The notes under the pieces were generated by a model. That model saw only the letters and a list, made by a program, of their open reading frames with translations. It had not been told where the DNA came from and made no database searches. A DNA stretch of 64,000 nucleotides from a virus. Position numbers and translations under genes: made by a program. The DNA is taken from the IMG/VR virus record IMGVR_UViG_3300036832_000803, positions 5,727 to 69,726 of that record; one strand, written 5' to 3'. Below are positions 30,354 through 39,475 of this stretch, in pieces (within the stretch, counting starts at the first letter, position 1; each line of letters opens with the position of its first letter).

Positions 30354-31562
30354 TCACACCAACTTGTTCTGTGCCGGCTTGAGCTTGGCGACGGCGCTGC
30401 GCACCCATTCCTGCACGGCGTCGAAATCTGGTTTGGTCACGCCGCAGGCATTGCGCATCGATCGCTGGGCGTCGGAGTTGAACCAAGCTTCGAGCGCATC
30501 GGCGCTCTTGGCGTCGTCAACGACTTTGCGCGCGAACCGCTTGTAAGACTCCGCATCCTTCGGCGGACCTTCGTCGCCGCCGCCCGGCGCGGGTGATCCC
30601 GGCTTCGCAGAGTCGGCGGCGTTTTCTGATCCGCCGGCCTCTGGCGTTCCCGGTTTTCCCGCGCCGGGTGGCTCCCCCCGAGTCGGTGGCTTCGGCAGCG
30701 ACTTGCCGCCGTTGCCTTCGGTCTCGTCGGTCAGTGACGGGTCGGCGCCGAAGTGATCGAAAGCGGCCGCAATGTTTGCTGGTCTTTGCGCGGTGACGGA
30801 TTCGGCGTCCTGACGCGCGCGCTGGAAATCGTACAACTCGTCGTCACGGTGCAGCACGCGATCCAGATCGGTCGACTTCGGCAGCACCTTCGAATGACGC
30901 CGCGCGACTGTTTTCTTGGCCATCTCGCCGTAGCTGGCCGGGTTCGACCAGGGGCCTTTCTTCGCGCGCGAGAACGCCTTGCGGATGTCCTCGATCTCAT
31001 CGATGTTCATGACATCGCGCGAGAGTCCGCCGTCCTTCAGCCGGCAAACGCTGTAAGCGTGCGTGATCTTGCGGTGGAGTCCGCCGCTCGGCGCCGGCTT
31101 GTGTTTGATGAACGGCTCATCGCCAAGCTCGTAAGCGAATTGATCGCCCTCATAGACAAGGCTCACGTCCCACGTATCAATCTCGCCCGAATTGCGGGCG
31201 ATCTTGCGCAGGCCGGCGATCATTGGCATCCACGTGGCCTTCGCTCCATCGGTGCGACGACGGCCGCCGTCTTCGTCATCCTCGCCGAATGGCACGATGG
31301 CGCCCTCGCGGCCGTCCGGCAGCAGCCCATCTTGCGCGGCCTTCATGCAGGCGTTGAAAAAGCTCTGCCGATCGCAGGCCAGGAGCTTCGGCGTGTTCTG
31401 CACCGCGGTCATCACGACGCGCATAAACCGCTCCACCGGGATGTGCGCCGGCAGCGCCATTTTGAATTGGGTCTCCATCTTCCCGAGATCGGCGCGGAAC
31501 TGTTGGATGATGGCGGGAAGCTTGGTCTCTTGGCCGGTGGTGACTTGGTTGGGCGTCGTCAT
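30354..31562 (-). CDS. recT: RecT-family ssDNA annealing protein
   Basis: ALPAHI..ERF.R, AAQDGLLPDGREGAIVPF, GPW....GEMAKKTVARR..K.LP.S. Confidence 0.9.
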   Translation of the reverse strand: MTTPNQVTTGQETKLPAIIQQFRADLGKMETQFKMALPAHIPVERFMRVVMTAVQNTPKLLACDRQSFFNACMKAAQDGLLPDGREGAIVPFGEDDEDGGRRRTDGAKATWMPMIAGLRKIARNSGEIDTWDVSLVYEGDQFAYELGDEPFIKHKPAPSGGLHRKITHAYSVCRLKDGGLSRDVMNIDEIEDIRKAFSRAKKGPWSNPASYGEMAKKTVARRHSKVLPKSTDLDRVLHRDDELYDFQRARQDAESVTAQRPANIAAAFDHFGADPSLTDETEGNGGKSLPKPPTRGEPPGAGKPGTPEAGGSENAADSAKPGSPAPGGGDEGPPKDAESYKRFARKVVDDAKSADALEAWFNSDAQRSMRNACGVTKPDFDAVQEWVRSAVAKLKPAQNKLV

Positions 31563-32266
31563 TGGAGCGGTTCCTTTGTCCTGGTCTTGCGATAGCGCTT
31601 GCCGTCGCGCCCGAGCCGGCCCCCGTCAGGTGCAACATCAGGTGCAACATCGTCGGGCGTTGCCGCCAAGGCAGCCCGAGCCCGCTTAACCGTTTGAGCG
31701 CTCACGCCAATCTCGGCGGCGATGGCCCGATCGGAGCGGCCCGGGTCGGCCGCCAGGGCGGCGGTGGCGCGGTCGAATGCCGTCGCTGGCGCAGGCGGTG
31801 GCGCCGGTGCCGGCGCTGCCCACGGGTGCGCGACCACATAGGGCGCCCCGCAACCGCACTGGCAGACGGCGTGGGCGCCGCAGCCCATGCATTCCAGCGC
31901 GCCGCCGCGGAACAGCACCTTGCCGATCAGCCGTTCGATGGCGGCCGGCTCGACCGCCGGCAGACGCGTCGCAATGAATTGCGACCACGTGCGACCATCG
32001 TCGCCGAACGCGCTCGGGTCCGATGCCTCGTACCAGCGGCGAAGCTCGATCAGCCCGAGCCCGGCCGCGGCCAGACGGTCGCAACGGAAGGATTCGCCGA
32101 TGTGCGCGATGCGATCGTCGACCGAGAAGACAACCTCGTCGGCGCGCGCCGGCAACGGCGGCAGCGGTTCCTTGCGCGGTCGCAGATCATCGATCGCCGC
32201 CTTCATGCTGATCTCGCCTTGGGCGAGCGCGGTCTTGGCCGCATCGATGATTTCCTTCGTGCTCAC
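31559..32266 (-). CDS. Hypothetical protein with Cys cluster and C-terminal HTH
   Basis: C..CG....C.CGCG; P.RSDRAIAAEIGVS..TV.RAR; GRDGKRY. Confidence 0.6.
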   Translation of the reverse strand: MSTKEIIDAAKTALAQGEISMKAAIDDLRPRKEPLPPLPARADEVVFSVDDRIAHIGESFRCDRLAAAGLGLIELRRWYEASDPSAFGDDGRTWSQFIATRLPAVEPAAIERLIGKVLFRGGALECMGCGAHAVCQCGCGAPYVVAHPWAAPAPAPPPAPATAFDRATAALAADPGRSDRAIAAEIGVSAQTVKRARAALAATPDDVAPDVAPDGGRLGRDGKRYRKTRTKEPLQ

Positions 32267-32270
32267 CGAT

Positions 32271-32483
32271 TCACCCTCTCGACGCCGCCGTCTCGTCCGA
32301 CTCCCGCACGTGCGCCGGGTCGTCGAGCGGCCATGTTCCGTGCTCAAGCTGGTCGTGGATGATCTCGCCGCGGCAGCCATTGCCGGCGTCGTCGAGCGCG
32401 ACCAGGATTTCCGCGGGCGCCAGCGATACGGCCGCGCGCGCAACCAACTCGAATAGCTGGAGGCGGAATTCACCGAGCGTCAT
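32271..32483 (-). CDS. Small hypothetical protein
   Basis: AAGGAG SD; ATGA overlap. Confidence 0.5.
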   Translation of the reverse strand: MTLGEFRLQLFELVARAAVSLAPAEILVALDDAGNGCRGEIIHDQLEHGTWPLDDPAHVRESDETAASRG

Positions 32484-33424
32484 GCGTCCGGCTCCTTGTC
32501 CTTGGTGATCCGCAACACGCGATAGCTCGTTTCCCGCACCACATATTCCCGGCGGTGCTGTTCCTTGAAGGTGATCCGCCAGCCGCCGCTTACGACCGCC
32601 GCTTCGGCGTCGCCAAGCTTCGCTTTGACCTCGTTGTTGCAGGCTTCCAGCGCTTCCTTGAGGCGGTCGACGGAAGCGGCCAGACTGACGCGCTCTTCCA
32701 ACAATTCGAGAATGCGGTTGTCGCCGCGCAGATCGCTGATCTTGCCGGGAGTTTCGTGCGGGTACAGCGCGGCCAGCAGCGCCCCGTCGCGCTCATAATC
32801 GATCGTCGGCGGCGCGCCGCTATCGACCTTGCGCCAGAATTCAGCCACCGCCTCGCGGATACGTTTTTCGGTGGCCGCATGCCGCGGCACGTCGATCAGA
32901 TGGGTCGAAAATGCGAAGTCGCCGACCACCAGTGCGGCAACGACGCCGAAGTCCGCGTCGTCCAGCATCATTTCTGTCACGCATTGCAGGCCGATCCAGA
33001 ACGGCATCCCGCCGGATTCGAGCCAAGTCTTTTTGTAGATGGAACTTGCCACGGTCTTGGTTTGTAGAATGCCGCGCCGGCCGTTGTCGTCGATATAGAA
33101 GTCGGGCGTCGCCCCGATGCGCCGCTTCGTGTCACGCAAGTAATTGTTCGCCTTCGTGATCTTCCACTCTGGCCGCTTGCGTTGCACTTCGCTCGCGACC
33201 ACACCTTCCAATGCGCGGCCGCGCCGGATGACATCGGTCTCGGCGTGCGCCGGCAATTCGATGCCGGATTTTTCCACGTGAAGCTCGCCAACGGTTTTGT
33301 AGGGATGCAGCGCAAACAGCGCCGCGATCGTCGAGGCCGTCACGTCATGCTTGCGCAGCGCGTGCCACTGATCGTCGTCGACGATCGTGATGCTCTCAAT
33401 ATCGGCGGGCACGTGACGCGTCAT
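32480..33424 (-). CDS. YqaJ-like (lambda-exo family) viral recombination nuclease
   Basis: WHALRK..VTAS.IAAL, RGRALE, GATPD...LQTKT, Q.VTEM; upstream of recT. Confidence 0.85.
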   Translation of the reverse strand: MTRHVPADIESITIVDDDQWHALRKHDVTASTIAALFALHPYKTVGELHVEKSGIELPAHAETDVIRRGRALEGVVASEVQRKRPEWKITKANNYLRDTKRRIGATPDFYIDDNGRRGILQTKTVASSIYKKTWLESGGMPFWIGLQCVTEMMLDDADFGVVAALVVGDFAFSTHLIDVPRHAATEKRIREAVAEFWRKVDSGAPPTIDYERDGALLAALYPHETPGKISDLRGDNRILELLEERVSLAASVDRLKEALEACNNEVKAKLGDAEAAVVSGGWRITFKEQHRREYVVRETSYRVLRITKDKEPDA

Positions 33425-33447
33425 AGGGAACCGCCTCCATCGGTCTA

Positions 33448-33477
33448 AGGTTAAAACCGTGGCGACGGCAATGTCAA
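33448..33477 (-). promoter_or_regulatory. Leftward early promoter (PL-like) overlapped by a GGTTAAAACC operator
   Basis: TTGACA-18-TAACCT; palindrome at 33449-33458. Confidence 0.7.
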
Positions 33478-33621
33478 CCCGTTTGGCGAGTTGGCGCGCG
33501 GTTGCACGCCGCGGCCAATGCGCCCCTAGGCTAGAAAAGCGCAGAAATTTATTTTGTGGATACGTGACTTACCGGCAACGCTGCGAATCGGAAAAAAGGC
33601 GCGCCGAGCGTGGATTAAAGA

Positions 33622-34353
33622 TTAGTCGTGATCTTGCTGGGTGCGAACAAGACGACCAAGAACAAACAAAGACTTGTTCTGGTCGCCGTCAAGATCAGCC
33701 GGCGCGCTGATCTCTGGCGCCAGCTGGGGGTCAGTCGATTCTGTCAGTAATGCGTAACCGCGGGGCCGCTGCACAAGGCGGCGCAAGCTCGTTTCCTCGC
33801 TGCCGTCCGGCAGCCGGCGGCGGATCGCGTAAATGCGGCCATCCAGAAGCGGCTGCGGCGTCTCGTTGAAATCGCGGCAGATCGCATAGTCGCCCGGCTC
33901 GATCCGCTTCGGTTTGGCGGCATCCATCTCGCGCCCGCGCACGAGCAAGCCGAAATAGCTGCCTGCGGGCAGGTCGCAGTCGACCGGGACTTTGATCTCG
34001 CGTGGCAAGCCTTTGGGACGCTTCGCCGATGGCATGACGAAGACTCCACCTTGAGCAATTCCGATGACCTTCACAGTGAGGATTCTAAGATCGGCAGAAA
34101 TGACAATATCGCCCTCACCGATCAATTGCGCAACGGAGACGCCCAATACTTCGGCTATTCTTTGCAGAGTATCGATACTCGGGTTTTTAATTCGAAGGTT
34201 CAGAATGTCGTTGACGGCCGATAAACTCAGGCCGGCTTGCTCAGAAACGCTGGTTGGGGAACGTCGGCGGAAACGCAGTATCGCGTGCAGCGATTCTGCG
34301 AGTATCTCGTAATTCCTTTTAATTTTCTGGCGGTTAGCTGAATGTGGCATCAA
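33622..34353 (-). CDS. cI: CI-like repressor (XRE HTH plus degenerate S24 domain)
   Basis: HTH with NPSIDTLQRIAEVLGVS; FGLLVRGREMD..IEPGD.AI..TSLRRL S24-like fold; divergent from cro-like gene. Confidence 0.85.
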   Translation of the reverse strand: MMPHSANRQKIKRNYEILAESLHAILRFRRRSPTSVSEQAGLSLSAVNDILNLRIKNPSIDTLQRIAEVLGVSVAQLIGEGDIVISADLRILTVKVIGIAQGGVFVMPSAKRPKGLPREIKVPVDCDLPAGSYFGLLVRGREMDAAKPKRIEPGDYAICRDFNETPQPLLDGRIYAIRRRLPDGSEETSLRRLVQRPRGYALLTESTDPQLAPEISAPADLDGDQNKSLFVLGRLVRTQQDHD

Positions 34354-34394
34354 GTTGTATTCTAAAACAGATTCTAAATGACGGTTGAGCGCGC

Positions 34395-34499
34395 CGACGG
34401 TTTTAACCGTCGAACGGCCCTAGGTCAAGTGGGCCGATGGCAGCGGCAGAACGCCCAGAATTCAAAAAATTTGCGCTTAGGTTAAAACCGGGATAGCCT
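34395..34499. promoter_or_regulatory. Immunity switch: two operators and divergent promoters
   Basis: CGACGGTT-TT-AACCGTCG (34395-34412); GGTTAAAACC (34480-89) in the spacer of TTGCGC-17-TAGCCT. Confidence 0.7.
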
Positions 34500-34507
34500 T
34501 GCGGGCT

Positions 34508-34771
34508 ATGGGCAGCATCCCTTACCCTACCGAGCGCGAAATCCGTGCGGCGCTGATCGAGCGCATGAAGGCGTTTTGTGCCGTGACCGGGACCGCGCCA
34601 TCGACGGTCTGTCGGGACGTTATCAACGACACGACCTTCTTCAGCAAAGTCGTCGGCGGCGGCAACTTCACGGTCTCGACCTATAAAAAATTCCAAGCTC
34701 ACTTCGACAAGAAATGGCCGCGCACAGCGTCCGGGCGTTTGCGTTATTCCAGGCGCAACGGCGCGGCGTAG
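34508..34771 (+). CDS. Cro-like DNA-binding protein (probably leaderless mRNA)
   Basis: AF...TG.APST....VINDTTF...V..G.NFTV.TY pattern; ATG 8 nt after the -10. Confidence 0.7.
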   Translation: MGSIPYPTEREIRAALIERMKAFCAVTGTAPSTVCRDVINDTTFFSKVVGGGNFTVSTYKKFQAHFDKKWPRTASGRLRYSRRNGAA

Positions 34772-34846
34772 CTTTATCTGCTTTGCACAATGCAGCGGCG
34801 CGTCCGTCCTCACAGGCGGTCCGATAACCTGGAAAGGAATCAACCA

Positions 34847-35416
34847 ATGGCGAAGAAGAAGACGACGACGAAGGGCAAACCATCGGCGGCGCCAAAGCGC
34901 GCACGCGTCGGCGACAACACCCTTGAAGGGCGCGCGCTGCCATATGTGAAGCGGATCGAAAGATTGTTGGACGATCTCGACAGCGAGCGCGGACGCTACA
35001 TGGCGAATTGTCGGCCGATCCACGAGGACGTTCGCGAAGTGTATGGCGAAGCCAAAGAACACGGCATCCCCGTGAAGGCGCTCAAGGGCCTCATCAAATG
35101 GCGCGAGTTGGAAAAGAAACAGGCCGGCATCGGCGCCGACTTCGCCGATCTCGACGAGAAGGCTTCCTACGATCAACTGGTCGAAGCGCTCGGTCCGCTC
35201 GGCTTCGCGGCGGCGGTCGCGGCCGGCCATCGCAGCGCCGATGAGCAGGAGCAAGATGTGCGCCCGCGGCATCTGCAACAGGCCGAGCACGAGCGCGCCA
35301 ACGGCGGCGAGCATCCCGAGGGCGAGCGTCCCGACGCCGATGCGCTCGCGCATGTCGGCCGCGGCCCGGCGCCGCCCGATGAGCCCGAGCCGCCCGAGCC
35401 GCCGCTTGCAGCCTAG
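34847..35416 (+). CDS. GapR/DUF2312-like nucleoid-associated protein
   Basis: YVKRIERL....EDVREVYGEAK..G..VKALK.LIK.R; GAAAGGA SD. Confidence 0.75.
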   Translation: MAKKKTTTKGKPSAAPKRARVGDNTLEGRALPYVKRIERLLDDLDSERGRYMANCRPIHEDVREVYGEAKEHGIPVKALKGLIKWRELEKKQAGIGADFADLDEKASYDQLVEALGPLGFAAAVAAGHRSADEQEQDVRPRHLQQAEHERANGGEHPEGERPDADALAHVGRGPAPPDEPEPPEPPLAA

Positions 35417-35491
35417 ACCAAGACCAGAAACCCGCACGCGGCCGGCGGCGAAGGCAGGCGCCGCCCGGCTGCCAAGCGAAAGGGTCGCCCC

Positions 35492-36073
35492 GTGTTCATC
35501 GACTTCCCGCCCGGCGGCCGGGTGCTTGCGCTCGATCCGGCGACCAAAACCGGATTCGCGTTCGGCGCGCCATCCGATGCCGCACCGGAGATCGGCACCA
35601 TCGATCTCGGCCGCGAGCATGACGGGCCGGGCGACGTTTTCGGTCGCGCACTGCGCTGGGCCGAGCCCAGGATCAAGCGCGTCCATCTTCTGGTGATCGA
35701 GCCGCCCATCCCGCCGGGCCAGCTTTGGCACGATAGCAACTATCAATCGACCGCCATCCTGCACGGGCTGCACGCGATCTTCGTCGGTCTCGCGGTGGCG
35801 CGCAAAGTGCCCGTGCTCGAAGCGCCCACGCGGACGTGGCGCAAATACTTTCTCGGCAACGGCAACCTCAAGCGCGACGCGGCCAAGCTCGCCGCCAAGC
35901 GCCTCTGCCGCGCGCTCAAGTGGGGCAATCCGGAAACGCTCGACGACAACGCCGCCGACGCCGCCGGCATGTGGGCCTGGGGCTGCGCGATGGCCGCGCC
36001 CGCGGGTGTGCGCCGTCGCATCGAGCCGCTGTTCACTCAATCAACACTGTTTGGACGGGGAGCAAGCGAATGA
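35492..36073 (+). CDS. RuvC-like Holliday junction resolvase
   Basis: VLALDPATKTGFA, LVIE, TWRKYFLG.GN..K, DDNAADA. Confidence 0.8.
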   Translation: MFIDFPPGGRVLALDPATKTGFAFGAPSDAAPEIGTIDLGREHDGPGDVFGRALRWAEPRIKRVHLLVIEPPIPPGQLWHDSNYQSTAILHGLHAIFVGLAVARKVPVLEAPTRTWRKYFLGNGNLKRDAAKLAAKRLCRALKWGNPETLDDNAADAAGMWAWGCAMAAPAGVRRRIEPLFTQSTLFGRGASE

Positions 36074-37197
36074 CCGCCAAAGCATCCACCGCCGTAATCG
36101 CGCGGTCGGCGCCGCCGCGAGCGCAGAAGCCTGTCGCTGATCTGGCCGATTTCAAACGGCAGATCAAGAAAGTGCGCGCGCAAATCCCGTTGGCAGAGAC
36201 GGTCGAGGACGCCTTGCGGCTGGTCGGTATTGCCGACACGATCGAGGACGCGCTGTGCGCGGCGGGCTACCGCACGAACACCGAGGCTATTCGCCCGGCA
36301 AACGAAACCCGCTTCGAGGCGCGCTGGCGGCTCGGGCAGCTGCTGGCGAAAGTGGAGCGCGGCACAGGTCCAGGGCGCGGTAAAAAGGCGTCGCAAGCCG
36401 CGACATCTTTTCGCGCCTACCTTCGCGAGGTCGGCCTGCAAAAGGACCGCGCCAACGAGTGCGAGCGCATCGGGGCGATTCCCAAGGAAAAATTGACCAA
36501 GGCGTTCAGCGAGACGGAGCGCGAGGGTGTGCTGAACACCAGGGAAAGCATGTTCCTGTTCGCGCGGCCGTTCTGGAAGATCAAGGTTCGCTCGAAACGG
36601 CATCGCGCTATTCGGGAGGCGGCGAGCACCGCAGCGATGCCCGAACAGATCGGGCCGTTCACCGTGCTTTACGCGGACCCGCCGACGGAATTCCAAACCT
36701 ATACCGAGGGCAGCTATCGCGGCCCCAATCAGCATTACCCGACGATGTCGTGGGAGCAGATCGAGAACCTTGTCATTGCCGGCAAGCGCATCGAGGCCAT
36801 CGCGCACGAAAATGCCGTGCTGTTCCTGTGGTCAACATCGTCGAATCTCGATCGTGCGCTCAAGGTGATGTCGGCTTGGGGCTTCACCTTCAAGGCCAGC
36901 GCGGTGTGGGACAAGGCGAAGATCGGCACCGGGTTGATCTTCCGCAACATGCATGAGGTTCTTCTATTTGGTGATCGCGGCAAGATGCCTGGCCCGGTGC
37001 ACGTGCCGCCTTCCGTGTTTCGCTATCCGCGCGGTGTGCACAGCGCGAAGCCGGCAGAAATCCGCACCGAGATCGAGCGCATGTATCCCGACTATGACGC
37101 GAGCAGCAGGCTTGAGTTGTTCTCGCGTAACGATGCGCCGGGCTGGACGCACTGGGGGTTCGAAGCAAAAGTGAATTTGACTGACGCGGCGGAATAG
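36070..37197 (+). CDS. MT-A70-family adenine methyltransferase with N-terminal helical domain
   Basis: LYADPPT, HYPTMS, AVLFLW, WGF.FK...WDK..IGTG..FRN.HE.LL, HSAKP, RLELFSR. Confidence 0.85.
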   Translation: MTAKASTAVIARSAPPRAQKPVADLADFKRQIKKVRAQIPLAETVEDALRLVGIADTIEDALCAAGYRTNTEAIRPANETRFEARWRLGQLLAKVERGTGPGRGKKASQAATSFRAYLREVGLQKDRANECERIGAIPKEKLTKAFSETEREGVLNTRESMFLFARPFWKIKVRSKRHRAIREAASTAAMPEQIGPFTVLYADPPTEFQTYTEGSYRGPNQHYPTMSWEQIENLVIAGKRIEAIAHENAVLFLWSTSSNLDRALKVMSAWGFTFKASAVWDKAKIGTGLIFRNMHEVLLFGDRGKMPGPVHVPPSVFRYPRGVHSAKPAEIRTEIERMYPDYDASSRLELFSRNDAPGWTHWGFEAKVNLTDAAE

Positions 37198-37200
37198 CAA

Positions 37201-37785
37201 ATGCCATCCCATAGCGCCACCGCCGGATCGATCATTCTTCAAGAGGCTTACGCCTTGGGCAAGATGATGGATAGCTCTAGCTGGAACGGCTTGCTGCGAA
37301 GTGGAATCACTCCTTCGGACATCGATCTCCCAGGTGTCCAAATGGTGTTCGACAATCGCGGTATGATCATCTTTTGCGACTTCTCGTCCAGCTTCACCAA
37401 ATGGCAAACCGCGCTCACGGGGCAGCGGCTACTCTACGAGGGTTTGATAAATTACAAGCCGCATTGCGCTGTCTTGTGCAGACACAACGTCAAGCCGGAG
37501 TTGGGACGCCCGATAAATACATTGCATGACGTGGAGCATTTCCAGGTGATGATTTGGGACTTTGAGCCCGTGATAACGAAGATTTTTGACGGAGCCGAGT
37601 TGTGGAAGCGCTTCGTGATCAAATGGGTAAATGAGCCCAGCGGGCCGCTTGAAATCAGGCGGCGCATTTTAGGTGAGAAAGTTGGAATGCAGGTGGCGCA
37701 ACAAGTACGCCCGGCGCCGCCGTCGTCGCGCGATGCGATCGATGGTGGTCATGTTGCCGACTACGTGATGGGACGATCGCCATGA
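37201..37785 (+). CDS. Hypothetical protein, possibly a degenerate PD-(D/E)XK fold
   Basis: GITPSDID...IFCDFS...GQ.LLYE; AT-richer than neighbours. Confidence 0.45.
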   Translation: MPSHSATAGSIILQEAYALGKMMDSSSWNGLLRSGITPSDIDLPGVQMVFDNRGMIIFCDFSSSFTKWQTALTGQRLLYEGLINYKPHCAVLCRHNVKPELGRPINTLHDVEHFQVMIWDFEPVITKIFDGAELWKRFVIKWVNEPSGPLEIRRRILGEKVGMQVAQQVRPAPPSSRDAIDGGHVADYVMGRSP

Positions 37786-37807
37786 CCGACCGCAAGGAGC
37801 AACAAGC

Positions 37808-38143
37808 ATGATCAACAAACCCATCTTGAATTCACTATGGCGCGATGATCCGGCGACGCCGGAAGGCAAGTATCTGGTCAAGCGCCGCGATGGATCGGTG
37901 CCGGAATGGCCGAGCTTCGTGCTCGGCGCCCGCGATCCGGCGGCGCCCGCGGCGTTGCGCGCCTATGCCAGTGCGGCGGAAGCCCTGCATATGCCGCGAG
38001 GCTTCGCCGACAGCGTGCGCAAGCTCGCCGATGAATTCGAAGCCTATCGCCTGAAGCATGGACGCGGCGACCCGGAACGCGGCAAGCACCGCGTCGACGA
38101 TCCAGCAATCATCGCGGACATGCGACGGGGAAGATCAGCATGA
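37808..38143 (+). CDS. Conserved phage hypothetical protein
   Basis: GKYLVKRRDGS...FVLGARDPAAPAALRAYA; AAGGAG SD. Confidence 0.7.
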   Translation: MINKPILNSLWRDDPATPEGKYLVKRRDGSVPEWPSFVLGARDPAAPAALRAYASAAEALHMPRGFADSVRKLADEFEAYRLKHGRGDPERGKHRVDDPAIIADMRRGRSA

Positions 38144-38312
38144 CCGAGCGTCGCTACATCCTGCCACCGCCAGCCGGCTTTGCTGATGAGAGCAATCAGC
38201 CGCCCGATCTACAGGAATGGATCGCACGATATGGCTGCTATCAAAACATACCCTGGGATGCATGGGACCGTGCCCATGCGAAATATCAGGCACGCTATCG
38301 GAGAAAGCCAGC

Positions 38313-38654
38313 ATGACCGATCGCCACATCCTGCCGCAACGCCGTTCGACCTTCACGCTCGACATGCGCGACGATAGCGGGCGCGTCGATTTGACGGTGG
38401 CCTATTCGACCTTTGAGCCGCCCGGCGCGCCGCCGCCGCACACGGTCGCGGAAATCTTCGTGACCGCGCGCAAGATCGGCAGCAGCATGGAGGCCATCGC
38501 GCGCGACGCTGCGATCCTGCTCAGTCTCGCCCTGCAATACGGCTGCCCGATCGACACCATCAGGCACGCCCTGACGCGCAACCAGGACGGCTCGGCGCAG
38601 AGCTTGATGGGGCGCGTCGTCGACCGCGTCACAACGGAGGCCCAGCAACAATGA
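38313..38654 (+). CDS. Stand-alone TSCPD-like domain (class II ribonucleotide reductase C-terminal-like)
   Basis: AEIFV...K.GS......RDAAILLSLALQYG.P. Confidence 0.65.
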   Translation: MTDRHILPQRRSTFTLDMRDDSGRVDLTVAYSTFEPPGAPPPHTVAEIFVTARKIGSSMEAIARDAAILLSLALQYGCPIDTIRHALTRNQDGSAQSLMGRVVDRVTTEAQQQ

Positions 38655-39465
38655 AGGACAGTATTGATCTGATGCAAGACGCCGGCTGTACCGGACCGAT
38701 GCCGGACGGCAGCCCGTGCCACGCCTGTCGCATTTTCGAAGCGCTGATGGAAGCCGAAGCGGCGCTCGGGAATGACGACAATCTCGATGACGCGCGTTGC
38801 GCGGCCGCGCTCTATCAGGTGGCGGCCTATTTTGTCGCCGGGCTCGAGGACGACCGTGCGCTGGCATTCGTCACGGCGCTTTACGCCTTAAGCCGCACGC
38901 GTCGCGCGGAGATGGAGGCCGGCGATGACGGCCCGCTCGCACACACGGAGGGCAATGCATAATGTTCAAAAGAGCATCAGAGAACAGTCAATCACGCACG
39001 GATCGGGCCGCCGTTCACAACCGCACCAACGAAAGCGGCGTCGACCCAGCAGCCTTTGCAGCAGCGCACGCTGATCCAGAAGTCGATCGCGCCAAGCTCA
39101 TTCGCGACAAAACCGACGCGGAAGCCAAGCTGGCGCTGATCAATGCACAGCTGCGCCGCGCCAAGGGCGCATTCACTGGCAACACGCGAAATCAAAGCGG
39201 TCATGAGATTGTCGCCAAGTGGGAAAGCCAGCGCGCCACCCTGGTCGGCCGGCTCAACCGCATGAACGCCTTGCTGTCGCAGATGAACTTCGACCGCAAA
39301 ACCAAGCACGCGGATGATGAAGCCCAGCACGACAACTTGCCGAAAGTCTTTATGGCCATGGCGCGCGAAATGCTGGCCGATGAAATCTATAACCGCGTCT
39401 TCGTCGCCGCCGTGCATCGGATGCGCGACGCGGCGGACGACAGGCGGCGGAAGCACACCGAGTAA
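38651..39465 (+). other. Two coupled hypothetical genes (38651-38962, 38962-39465)
   Basis: ATGA and TAATG junctions. Confidence 0.55.
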
Positions 39466-39475
39466 AGAACGATCA

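Noticed and set aside
34350-34500. Host LexA (GTTC-N7-GTTC) or CtrA (TTAA-N7-TTAA) boxes at the switch
   Set aside because: No correctly spaced match found by eye; the TTAA cores belong to the GGTT-NN-AACC palindromes.
34403-36040. 545-aa minus-strand ORF and similar long antisense ORFs (e.g. 2329..3540, 4851..6317, 27506..28795)
   Set aside because: Shadow frames of recognisable genes in high-GC DNA; no motifs.
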